DNA of 64,000 bases. Origin: Candidatus Latescibacterota bacterium. GTDB lineage: Bacteria; Latescibacterota; UBA2968; GCA-2709665. Position 1 is the stretch's first letter. The number at the start of each line of letters is the position of its first letter. Positions 19,710 to 28,638 of this stretch are shown piece by piece. Location of the stretch: contig CAXXJS010000055.1 of assembly GCA_963662665.2 (NCBI GenBank), positions 29,084 to 93,083 of the forward strand, in the 5' to 3' direction. A program made the translations under genes and the position numbers. The notes under the pieces are model-generated. The model was not told the DNA's origin, did no database searches, and was given only the letters and a program-made list of their open reading frames with translations.

Positions 19710-20855
19710 ATGGTTGTCCGAAATGCATTCTGGGTGCTGTCGTTCCTGTGCGCGGGATTGACACTTGCTCACGCAGGAGATCTGGAATGGTTCAGATGGG
19801 CGAAGCGTAAGGATGTTTCCTTCGGCGGCGCCCTTTCTGGCATGCGTACCGTTCGGATAATTCCTGCTGAAGCCGACACCGCCGGGCGTCTGGTTTACGG
19901 AGACCGCCAGGGCCTGTTGCACGTCCTCGAGTTCCGGGAGGGGCGATCCCGGGAGGCATGGGTGAGCCAATCCCTTAAATCATCTGTGGCGCAGGTATTT
20001 GTAGCGGATGTCAATGCAGATGGTCACCTTGAAATTGTCGCGTATTCGCATTGGGGCGACATTGTGATCTACAATGCGGATACGTATGAGTTGATATGGC
20101 GCAGCAAAGATGACGAGTACGCGACGATCTCAACGATGGCGATAGCAAACCTGGATGGAGACCCGCAGCTGGAGTTGATTTTCCTCGGGGAAGCGGAAGA
20201 CGCTTCGGGTGAACAGGGATCCCGGTTGTTTGTCTACGACGGCAAGCATCTTGCGGAGGAGCGCAGGGGCGAACAGACCCTGATTGGGGAAAGCATGGTC
20301 ATAGCGAACCTGGACGAAGACGCCCAACTCGAAATCGCCATAAATACCGGCGTAGTAATCGATGGAAGATCCCTCGACTTCGAATGGCACTTCGGCGGAT
20401 GCGACCGCATGGGGTACATGGACGTGAACTATGACGGAACGCCGGATCTGATCGGAGAATTCAAGAGTTTACGGCCCGAGAGATACATAAAGGTAATTTC
20501 GATAACCTCGGACTTTCGGGGTAATCATGGAGACGATGTCTCCGGAAGGATCGCAGACTGCGCTTCCTGCCACAAGCTGAGGGCGTTCTGCCAGGATTGC
20601 CACGAGAGAGAAGGGGTAACCGGCACCGTTGGTCATCAGGACCCGGGTGGACGCATCGACGCGGAGGATTTCCATCTTCGGGAGGCGCCTTACTTTGCGC
20701 CGTACGGTAATGTGCAGGAATGCACGAACTGTCATAAGCCGGAACTCCGGGAGGTATGTCTCGCGTGTCACCAGCGTACCGTTCCGGACGGTGAAGAAGC
20801 GGTTAGGGCGAACAACGAGATCTTCTCGATTCTGTCCGAGTTAGAGGACCGATAG
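19710..20855 (+). CDS. Secreted FG-GAP/VCBS-repeat protein with C-terminal tetraheme cytochrome c domain
   Basis: Signal peptide ending AHA; repeats DVNADG, NLDGDP, NLDEDA, DVNYDG; motifs CASCH, CQDCH, CTNCH, CLACH. Confidence 0.75.
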   Translation: MVVRNAFWVLSFLCAGLTLAHAGDLEWFRWAKRKDVSFGGALSGMRTVRIIPAEADTAGRLVYGDRQGLLHVLEFREGRSREAWVSQSLKSSVAQVFVADVNADGHLEIVAYSHWGDIVIYNADTYELIWRSKDDEYATISTMAIANLDGDPQLELIFLGEAEDASGEQGSRLFVYDGKHLAEERRGEQTLIGESMVIANLDEDAQLEIAINTGVVIDGRSLDFEWHFGGCDRMGYMDVNYDGTPDLIGEFKSLRPERYIKVISITSDFRGNHGDDVSGRIADCASCHKLRAFCQDCHEREGVTGTVGHQDPGGRIDAEDFHLREAPYFAPYGNVQECTNCHKPELREVCLACHQRTVPDGEEAVRANNEIFSILSELEDR

Positions 20856-20857
20856 GT

Positions 20858-21706
20858 ATGCAATTCCACTACTGGATTGCCGCACTGATCTGGCTTGCGG
20901 CACAGATACCTGCTGAGGCAGGGAAACCGGACTGGTACGGTTTACGCGACCAACGTCAATTCCGCTGGGGTGGAAGTATCGATGAAATGCCTCAGATTCG
21001 GCTTCTGCCGTCAGGAGACGAGGAAGGCTCGCGGGTCGTTTACGGAGACGCGGGGGGCAGCCTGAATGTTGTTAGGTACGTCGACGGACGTGGATATGAG
21101 GAGTGGAAGAGCGAGCCGTTGGGATCCGCCGTCCTCGGAGTTTTTGTGGAGGATGTCGATGCCGACGGGGAATTTGAAATTGTCGCCTACACGTTTACGC
21201 GCATCGTATTGTACAGTGCGGCCGACTACAGTTTTATATGGCAGATCCAGGAGGACATCACCCACGTCGCAATAGCGAATGTGGACGATGATCCCCAGCT
21301 GGAATTCGTCTATCTGGTCAAGAGCATAGGCCATAGCGAGATGCACATCCACGTTTATGACTGTCTGGAGCTGTACGAGCAGGGAATCAGCGACGTGATC
21401 CCCAAGGAATCGATTCACGCCCAGAGCATGGTGATCGCGGATTTCGACGACGACTACGGCCTGGAGGTCGTATTGAATACCGGTGTGGTCGTGGACCTCG
21501 ACACGTTGATCCTGGAGTGGTACTTTGCCGACGGATTTGGCGACCGACTGGGCTATCTGGATATTGACGGCGATGGCGTCCTGGAGCTGATCGGCGAAGT
21601 AAACGGACTTCATCACAGCCGTTATCTTCGCATTTTCAACGTAGACATCCAGTCAGAGACGTTTCTGGTCCTGCCGAAGGATGAAAGACAGGTCGAAGCG
21701 GAATAG
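20858..21706 (+). CDS. Secreted FG-GAP/VCBS-repeat protein (paralogue of the upstream gene, no heme domain)
   Basis: Signal peptide ending AEA; repeats DVDADG, NVDDDP, DFDDDY, DIDGDG; shares VYGD, EIVAY, NTGVV and LIGE with the upstream protein. Confidence 0.75.
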   Translation: MQFHYWIAALIWLAAQIPAEAGKPDWYGLRDQRQFRWGGSIDEMPQIRLLPSGDEEGSRVVYGDAGGSLNVVRYVDGRGYEEWKSEPLGSAVLGVFVEDVDADGEFEIVAYTFTRIVLYSAADYSFIWQIQEDITHVAIANVDDDPQLEFVYLVKSIGHSEMHIHVYDCLELYEQGISDVIPKESIHAQSMVIADFDDDYGLEVVLNTGVVVDLDTLILEWYFADGFGDRLGYLDIDGDGVLELIGEVNGLHHSRYLRIFNVDIQSETFLVLPKDERQVEAE

Positions 21707-21726
21707 CGACCTTCACGGGCAACGGT

Positions 21727-23016
21727 ATGCGAACTGAAATTCTAGACGAACATGAGTCTAAAGAGGGCGACTTGAACCATCATGCGGAGAGCCAGACTCC
21801 CTCATCTGAAGATCGCGCGTCCGGCTTCCTGTCCGGCGACAGGCCTTTCTTTCGCCTGGCGATTCTCTTGTTTCTTGTAGGGTTCCTCTACGTAATTCAC
21901 CAGGACCTTTCTCCGTTTCTGATCGGCCTTTTGTTGCTCGCCATACTGGTAATGGTGCGAAAGGGAGTAAGGTTCGAAGCGGGAGTTGCGGTGGTTGTGG
22001 TTCTGCTGTTTGGCGCCTGGCTGATGGGCGACATGGCAGGGTTATTCTGGCCGTTCGTAACCTCGTTTGTATTGGCTTACCTGCTGTCTCCGCTTGTTGG
22101 CCTTATGGAGCGCTGGATGTCCCGCACGATTGCCATCGCCCTGATGGTGGTCGTCATACTTGGGGTAGTGTCCGGTATCGGCATTGTGGTCATTCCGGTG
22201 GTGACCCACGAACTCCTCGACTTCGGCCGTCAGGTTCCCAACTATACGTCCATACTCAAGGATCTCTACGATCGGTTCTTTTTGTGGCTGCAAACGATCG
22301 GGATCACACTTCCCAAGGGCGAGATCCAACGGTTGCTGCTGGAACGATTGCCGAAGTTGGGCGAACTTTTCGCAGAGCAGACCATCGCGGCCCTCAAGGG
22401 GTTGAGTTCCGGTCTGGCAACGCTTCTGAACCTGTTGATGATCCCTTTCGTAACCTTTTATATGATCAAGGACTACGAGCGTATAAAACACACCCTGGCG
22501 CGGATACTTCCCCGCCGGCACGCCGCATCCGCCGGCGAGTTATTAACGAGGGTCGACGAAGTCCTGGGCCAATACCTGCGCGGGCAGATGCTCGTCAGCA
22601 GTTTTATCGCGTTGCTGACATCCGCAGGTCTGCTTGTATTCGGTATCCGATACGCCGTCCTGCTGGGTCTTATGGCAGGTCTGTTCAACCTCATACCCTA
22701 CATTGGAATGGCGGTTGCGTTCAGCGTGGCGTGCCTCGTGGCAATACTCGACGCGGACCCGGCGGGCAACCTGCTTAAGGTTATCGGAGTATTCGTTGTT
22801 GTGCAGGGTATCGAAGGCAATTTCCTGTCGCCTCGCGTTGTGGGGCAACGCGTCGGGCTGCATCCCGTCTGGGTGATGTTTGCGCTCGTCGTCGGCGCCC
22901 ATTTCTGGGGATTCATCGGAATGCTCATCGCAATTCCGGCCGCGGCCGTCGTCAATATCCTGTGTAAGGTCATCGCTGAACGGTACTATAGTTCACTGTA
23001 CTACAAAACCGAATAA
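21727..23016 (+). CDS. AI-2E family transporter (PerM-like)
   Basis: LAYLLSP, YLRGQ, IPYIG, EGNFLSP and GLHPVW motifs. Confidence 0.9.
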   Translation: MRTEILDEHESKEGDLNHHAESQTPSSEDRASGFLSGDRPFFRLAILLFLVGFLYVIHQDLSPFLIGLLLLAILVMVRKGVRFEAGVAVVVVLLFGAWLMGDMAGLFWPFVTSFVLAYLLSPLVGLMERWMSRTIAIALMVVVILGVVSGIGIVVIPVVTHELLDFGRQVPNYTSILKDLYDRFFLWLQTIGITLPKGEIQRLLLERLPKLGELFAEQTIAALKGLSSGLATLLNLLMIPFVTFYMIKDYERIKHTLARILPRRHAASAGELLTRVDEVLGQYLRGQMLVSSFIALLTSAGLLVFGIRYAVLLGLMAGLFNLIPYIGMAVAFSVACLVAILDADPAGNLLKVIGVFVVVQGIEGNFLSPRVVGQRVGLHPVWVMFALVVGAHFWGFIGMLIAIPAAAVVNILCKVIAERYYSSLYYKTE

Positions 23017-23098
23017 TTCGCGCTCGTATGGTGTTGCGTTTCAGGTTTGTCGAGACCCGGTCACGACGGTCGTCCAGTGTTCCGCGATAACATTTCAC

Positions 23099-23127
23099 TT
23101 GACGGCGGTGGCAAGACCATTTAGATT
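23099..23127 (+). promoter_or_regulatory. Sigma70-type promoter for tRNA-Pro(GGG)
   Basis: TTGACG-17 bp-TAGATT. Confidence 0.55.
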
Positions 23128-23155
23128 TTCGCCCCGGCAGGAAGCAAGTTGAGAT

Positions 23156-23232
23156 CGGAGCGTGGCGCAGCCCGGTAGCGCACTATCTTGGGGTGATAGG
23201 GGTCGCTGGTTCAAATCCAGTCGCTCCGACCA
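23156..23232 (+). tRNA. tRNA-Pro(GGG)
   Basis: Acceptor CGGAGCG/CGCTCCG, anticodon arm CTATC-TTGGGGT-GATAG, encoded CCA. Confidence 0.95.
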
Positions 23233-23237
23233 AAAGA

Positions 23238-23276
23238 GACAGGGACTTACGACGTCGATCGTGAGTCCCTGTTTTT
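23238..23276 (+). terminator. Hairpin/terminator after tRNA-Pro(GGG)
   Basis: ACAGGGACTTACGA ... TCGTGAGTCCCTGT followed by TTTT. Confidence 0.7.
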
Positions 23277-23388
23277 CGGGTAGCGGTTCTGTGGCGCACC
23301 TTCCCTTGAATTTAAAACCGGTTTCCCCGTTTTCCGGGCATCGGACGTCACAGAACCGGGTCCGGAGAATTCGGGAGGTCTGGAAACG

Positions 23389-24315
23389 GTGGACGGCACG
23401 AAACCAACATCCTTCCGGCGGGGTTGGAAGCACTTCACGGGCCTCGGCCTGCGTGGGTTCTGCATGGGTGCGGCCGACGTGGTTCCCGGGGTTTCAGGTG
23501 GGACGATCGCCTTCGTTACGGGGATTTACGAGGAGTTGATTTACGCAATCCGTTCCATCGATCGCGGCCTCGCGAGACTGCTGATTGCCCTCAGATTCCG
23601 GGAGGCGCTGACTCGGGTCCCGTGGCAGTTTCTTGGCACCCTGGGCATAGGCATTTTGCTGGCTGTGGTGACCCTGGCGCGAGGTATTCAATGGATGCTC
23701 CATCATAGACCGGAATTGATCTGGGCATTCTTCTTCGGGCTGGTTGTAGCGTCCGTGTTCGTGGTGAGAAAAAGGGTGGTCGCGTGGCGCGTACCAACCT
23801 GGATCACCGCAGTCGCGGCGGCATTGCTGTTCTACGTTGTTGTCGGCCTCGTGCCGGCAAAAACGCCGGATTCGCCGTGGTTTCTTTTCCTCTGCGGCGT
23901 CATCTCCATATCCGCAATGATTCTCCCGGGTATCTCAGGTTCGTTCATTCTGGTGCTGCTGGGGAAGTACGAATATCTCCTGGCGGCGTTGAACAACCGG
24001 GACCTTGTCCCGATCGTCGTGTTTGCAGGCGGGGCTGCCGTGGGGATTCTGAGTTTCGCCCGGGTTCTGTCTTGGATATTCAGACGGCAACATGACCTGA
24101 CAGTTGCTGCGTTAACAGGGTTTATGGTCGGTTCCTTGCGGAAGATCTGGCCCTGGAAGGAGGACGTTGCGGGGCTTGCGACCGACGCAAGACGGGTGCA
24201 GTTGAACGTCCTGCCCGAGGCGATTGACGGCGAATTCACTGCCGCCGTCGGACTGGCCCTGTTGGGGTTCGCGATCGTGGTCTTCCTGGATCGACTGTCG
24301 GAATGCCGTCGCTGA
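23389..24315 (+). CDS. DUF368 family membrane protein (undecaprenyl-phosphate translocase family)
   Basis: MGAADVVPGVSGGTIA and AMILPGISGS motifs. Confidence 0.92.
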   Translation: MDGTKPTSFRRGWKHFTGLGLRGFCMGAADVVPGVSGGTIAFVTGIYEELIYAIRSIDRGLARLLIALRFREALTRVPWQFLGTLGIGILLAVVTLARGIQWMLHHRPELIWAFFFGLVVASVFVVRKRVVAWRVPTWITAVAAALLFYVVVGLVPAKTPDSPWFLFLCGVISISAMILPGISGSFILVLLGKYEYLLAALNNRDLVPIVVFAGGAAVGILSFARVLSWIFRRQHDLTVAALTGFMVGSLRKIWPWKEDVAGLATDARRVQLNVLPEAIDGEFTAAVGLALLGFAIVVFLDRLSECRR

Positions 24316-24458
24316 ATCGCAGGCCAGCCCGTGTGGTTGCTCTGGAGGAAACGCGTTCCCTGATAGTTGCCCTGTTCGCTGCCGGCTTCCCGCTACCCGG
24401 TCGATTTCGAGTTTTTGCTTGCCACCTGGCCGTTTTCTTGTATTTTAATTGTCAAATT

Positions 24459-24535
24459 CGGGGCGTGGCTCAGTCCGGTAGAGCGCCTGCTTCGGGAGCA
24501 GGAGGCCCCCGGTTCGAATCCGGGCGCCCCGACCA
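24459..24535 (+). tRNA. tRNA-Pro(CGG)
   Basis: Acceptor CGGGGCG/CGCCCCG, anticodon arm CCTGC-TTCGGGA-GCAGG, encoded CCA. Confidence 0.95.
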
Positions 24536-24541
24536 TTATAT

Positions 24542-24578
24542 AACAAGGGTTTACGTCTGCCTGACGTAAACCCTTGTT
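24542..24578. repeat. Perfect 16-bp inverted repeat after tRNA-Pro(CGG)
   Basis: AACAAGGGTTTACGTC-TGCCT-GACGTAAACCCTTGTT. Confidence 0.9.
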
Positions 24579-24899
24579 GCGTGAACATCCGTGTATAGAT
24601 TAGAATGAACAGCGCGTTGAGGGTTTCGGTATCCGGGTCTGAGCGAAGAAATGAAAACGGGGCGAGAGATGTGAACGACGGTCCTGGCAATGAGAACTTC
24701 CTGGTTACGGAGGGGTTGGCCATGCTCCGGGAGTTGACGTCGCAACCGGACAATACTGCCTTTCACAGCCGCTGACGCCGGTCCACGCGGCAGGGCCGAT
24801 AAGGTGACAACCGCACACTTCCACTTATCCCGTTCATCCTGTCATTCCATGTAAATTCATCGCCTTCCGGATCGCCCAATTTGCAAAATTCCCTTGACA

Positions 24900-24915
24900 A
24901 GACAGATATTTGTCT
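24900..24915. promoter_or_regulatory. Candidate LexA operator AGACA-N6-TGTCT
   Basis: Near-palindrome AGACAGATATTTGTCT directly after TTGACA, upstream of lexA. Confidence 0.5.
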
Positions 24916-24980
24916 GTTTTTTTTATTGATATTTCCTCATTGTCCGTTTCTCTTATGTGTTCCGAATCGAGGAACGCGCC

Positions 24981-25598
24981 ATGGCTTATACGCCGCCCGG
25001 ACAAACCCGTGAAAAAATCTATGAGTTCGTAAGGGGGCGTATCCTCAGCGGAGCGCCGCCCAGCACGCGGGAGGTGCAGAAAGCGTTTGGATTCCGGGCA
25101 GTTCAGTCCGCTCGCCAGCACCTGGAGGCGCTGGTTCTGGAGGGCAGACTGGTCAAGGATTCCGGAAAGGCCAGGTCCCACCGTTTGCCGAAGATGGGGA
25201 GGGTGGGTTCCTCCCATCTGATCCCGGTATTGGGTCGTGTGCAGGCCGGGGACCTGACCGCCGCCATCCAGAATCCGGAAGACTATCTTCCGGTTCAACA
25301 ATCCCGCTACGAAGGCAGCGAACTCTTCGCCCTTACGGTTCAGGGAGACAGTATGCTCAAGGCCGGCATCCTGCACGGCGATATCGTGATCGTTCGCCGG
25401 CAGCAGGCGGCCAGGTCGGGAGACATCGTCGTCGCCATGGTGGGCGAGGAGGCAACGGTCAAGAGGTATCGAGAGAGAGGCGGGCGCATCGAACTGCGAC
25501 CGGAGAATGAAGCCTTCGAATCCATCATCCCCAGCGAAGACGGAGAACCGTTTTCAATTCTGGGGAAGGTCATCGAGGTGCGCAGGCATATCGAGTAA
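24981..25598 (+). CDS. lexA: SOS repressor LexA
   Basis: PPSTRE helix-turn-helix, VQAG cleavage site, GDSM (Ser) and ATVKR (Lys). Confidence 0.95.
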   Translation: MAYTPPGQTREKIYEFVRGRILSGAPPSTREVQKAFGFRAVQSARQHLEALVLEGRLVKDSGKARSHRLPKMGRVGSSHLIPVLGRVQAGDLTAAIQNPEDYLPVQQSRYEGSELFALTVQGDSMLKAGILHGDIVIVRRQQAARSGDIVVAMVGEEATVKRYRERGGRIELRPENEAFESIIPSEDGEPFSILGKVIEVRRHIE

Positions 25599-25724
25599 CG
25601 CCTGAATAAAAAACTTTAGAGGATTACGCCACAACACATTGTATCGAGTTTGATTCCGTCTGAATGAGATGTCTTCGAATTCCTGCCACAGACAATCAAG
25701 ATTGCATTCCCAAACCCCGGAGGG

Positions 25725-27635
25725 ATGATGGCTTCCATCAGGCGTTACGCCATTCCGCACAGCCGAATGCCGTTCATCAATGCCGAATTGGCAATTGTTC
25801 AGTTTCGCGGAGATATTCATCTGGTCAGCAGCGTCTGGGGAGGCAGTTCGGGCGGGCGGATCTACTTTTGGAATCCGGACACCCAATCCCGGGGCATGAG
25901 GGAGTTGCCCGGAGGCATACCCGGCGCCTACATGTTGAGTACCGCCGCCGACGGCTGCCTCTATCTGGGTTGCGGGAATGGGGATCTCATCCGGTACGAC
26001 CCGATTGCCGACGCCTTTGAAATTCTGGTAACCGGCGAACTGACGTCCATTACGTGGGGTGGCTGCGTGACGGACCGGTATGCGGTCTGGGAGGCATCGC
26101 CCGGGCACGTGGGGGTGTACGACTGGCGGGAGTCACGGCTTGTTAAGGTTTTTCGGCCCATCGACACGGAACTCCCAACCGCGCTCTACGGCCACAACGT
26201 CGTGGAAGCGCCGGACGGCCGGGTTCTGCTCGCCATCGACGTACCTCAGTCGCGGCTGGTATTGCTGAACCTCGAAACCCTGACAGCGGAGTCCCACACA
26301 CCTGAAAACATCCGGGGCGTGGGGTCAACGACCGACGCTTTTTTCTGGGACGACGGGACTCTTGCGGCCTTTGTCAGGGGCGAACTCCATTTCATGGCGT
26401 ATCCGGGTTTTGAATTAAAACAGAGGATTGAGTGCCCCGAGAACGGTGGGTTGGGTGGAAAGGCCTGTGTTGTAGACGGCCGTCTTTATGCGTACAGCGC
26501 GGCTGACAGCTCGCTTTACGTGCTGGACCGTGGGGCGGAAAGATGGGAGGTTGCGGCGCCTGAATGGTCCGATGGGGGTCCGGCAACCATGCATCCGTGG
26601 GGCGAAGCCGCCGTGTGCGGCCTGACGTTGTCTGGCGTTGCGCTCCGATACGATACACGGACGCGGCGGACGGACCGAATCGATCTGGAATCCACCGGTC
26701 CCATGGCCGCACATGCCTTGTGTCCCGTACCTGAAAGGAAGATAATCGTTGGCGCACCGTTCATCAACCAGCGGTTCTGGATGATCGACATGGAAACGGG
26801 AGAAGGAAGGGACTGCGGACGGGCCGCTCCTGGCGGGGGGCAGATCAATCAGATCATCTGGGAGCCAATCACCCAACGGGTACTACAAAGCAGCTATACC
26901 ACGTCATCGGTAACCGCATTCGATCCCGGGTCGCCTTTGGATTGGCCTCGCAACCCGCATGTACTGGCCAGCGCGCAGAAGGAAGGGCAGATGAGACCCA
27001 CGGGGCTCGTACACGACGGGGAATTCGTCTGGATGTCAACGAGCCCCGAGTACGGACATCTCGGCGGCGCGCTGACCCGGATCGATCCCGCGACCGGCGA
27101 AGTTCGGATCTGGCGGCATCTTGTGCAGGATCAGAAAGTGAATTCCGTGCTGGTCGATTCGAGCCGACGCCGCGTTTACTGCGGAACCGAAATCTACGCC
27201 GATGCGAACTCCGCCCCGCCCACTCAAACGACCGGGCACCTGGTGTCATTCGATATGGACGAACTTGAAATCGTCCGCTGCCAGGCCATCCAGGAAAGTG
27301 AAGGCGCCGCAAGAGTGATGGCCGTCCTGCCGGCGGGGGAGGTCCTCGCCCTTCAACGCAACACGCTCTACGCCTGGAATGCAGAGGACGGCGCTCTGCG
27401 CGATCTGGGTCCGGCGCCATCCGGTTGCCGGGAGGTCGCGGCGGATACGACCACGGGATCCCTGTGGACGTCGGCAGGGGGAAAGATCGGACGCATGCAA
27501 GTGCGTGATCACGAAGTTTACTTCACGCCGTTGATCGACGGAGGGGGAGAATACTTACACATATTGGACCGCAACCTGTATTTCGCCTCCGGATTCGAGG
27601 TCTGCCAGGTGGACCTCCGGAATTTCGACGGTTAA
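25725..27635 (+). CDS. Hypothetical beta-propeller-type protein
   Basis: 636 aa with repeated short beta-strand units ending in (Y/F/I)DP; no family recognised. Confidence 0.65.
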   Translation: MMASIRRYAIPHSRMPFINAELAIVQFRGDIHLVSSVWGGSSGGRIYFWNPDTQSRGMRELPGGIPGAYMLSTAADGCLYLGCGNGDLIRYDPIADAFEILVTGELTSITWGGCVTDRYAVWEASPGHVGVYDWRESRLVKVFRPIDTELPTALYGHNVVEAPDGRVLLAIDVPQSRLVLLNLETLTAESHTPENIRGVGSTTDAFFWDDGTLAAFVRGELHFMAYPGFELKQRIECPENGGLGGKACVVDGRLYAYSAADSSLYVLDRGAERWEVAAPEWSDGGPATMHPWGEAAVCGLTLSGVALRYDTRTRRTDRIDLESTGPMAAHALCPVPERKIIVGAPFINQRFWMIDMETGEGRDCGRAAPGGGQINQIIWEPITQRVLQSSYTTSSVTAFDPGSPLDWPRNPHVLASAQKEGQMRPTGLVHDGEFVWMSTSPEYGHLGGALTRIDPATGEVRIWRHLVQDQKVNSVLVDSSRRRVYCGTEIYADANSAPPTQTTGHLVSFDMDELEIVRCQAIQESEGAARVMAVLPAGEVLALQRNTLYAWNAEDGALRDLGPAPSGCREVAADTTTGSLWTSAGGKIGRMQVRDHEVYFTPLIDGGGEYLHILDRNLYFASGFEVCQVDLRNFDG

Positions 27636-27686
27636 CAGTCGGTTGTAAAAAATCGCTCAGCCCGGATGGAGTTTTTCAATGGGCTG
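27636..27686. mobile_element. MITE mini-derivative D (ends only, 51 bp)
   Basis: CAGTCGGTTG...CGCTC joined to AGCCCGGATGGAGTTTTTCAATGGGCTG; flanks TTAA/TCAA, where the left TAA is a gene stop. Confidence 0.75.
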
Positions 27687-27840
27687 TCAAGTCTTGAGAA
27701 ACTTGCGGCAACGGAATGAACGGCCTATATTTGACGCAGTCGAAACTCACCTTAACATGAGGCGCATTCCGCGCGCCGTGACAGTGTGAATCACGCGCTC
27801 CGGGTGTGGCCCTCAACGAGGTTTGCGAGAGGAATCAAAT

Positions 27841-28278
27841 ATGTCAATTGCGCAGATATTGCCCGCAGATGCGCACGCGGGAATGGACGCCAAGTCGGAT
27901 GCGGTCTATCTCGACGTGCGGACCGAATCGGAATTTGCCGTGGGTCATCCCGAAGGCGCGGTGAATATACCGGTGGCTTATCAGAGTCCGGCCGGCGGCA
28001 TGATGCCAAACCCGGATTTTCAGGCCGTGGTTGAGCGCGTCCTGAACAGGGAGTCGAACATCTACTGCGGTTGTCAGTCTGGTATACGTTCCCAATACGC
28101 CGCGGAGATGCTGGTGAAGGCCGGATACAGGAATGTTTCAAATGTTGTCGGAGGCTTCGGAGGCAAGGTGAATCCTGGAACGGGAATGGTGGAAATTCCC
28201 GGATGGCGGGATTCGGGATTGCCGGTATCCACGGACGTCACCGGGGAGAATTCCTACGAAGGACAGAAGGTACGCTGA
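27841..28278 (+). CDS. Rhodanese-like domain protein
   Basis: LDVRTESEF, GHPEGAVNIP, CQSGIRS and GG motifs. Confidence 0.9.
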   Translation: MSIAQILPADAHAGMDAKSDAVYLDVRTESEFAVGHPEGAVNIPVAYQSPAGGMMPNPDFQAVVERVLNRESNIYCGCQSGIRSQYAAEMLVKAGYRNVSNVVGGFGGKVNPGTGMVEIPGWRDSGLPVSTDVTGENSYEGQKVR

Positions 28279-28475
28279 ACGCAAAATCGCGTTCTGAGGG
28301 TTAACAATAAGATGGGTGTTTCAGTTGTAGACCGGGGCGTCGGCCGCGCGCCGTCGACGGACGTGCATCCGGCTCTCCCGGTAGCAGAAAACAACGCCTT
28401 CTGCAGTGGAGCCATGCGGAAGGCGTGTCTGGAACGGGTCGGATTTTGTCGGTGGATCGAGGTCGATTCACAACG

Positions 28476-28500
28476 GGATGCGCGAAGGCGCATCCTTTTT
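28476..28500 (+). terminator. Rho-independent terminator-like hairpin
   Basis: GGATGCGC-GAAG-GCGCATCC-TTTTT. Confidence 0.65.
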
Positions 28501-28638
28501 GTTTCCAATTTGTTAATGTAGCCGTCACGCCCGCGATATTCCGCACTGGTAGTGCCGGTATCAACGAGGAAATCCAATTGAGCCGTTGTACGGCGATCCA
28601 GATTCCGGGCCGCCGCCGTTGAGAAAGGGCAAACCACG

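Noticed and set aside
24605-24775. 56-codon ORF between tRNA-Pro and lexA
   Set aside because: No RBS or recognisable motif.
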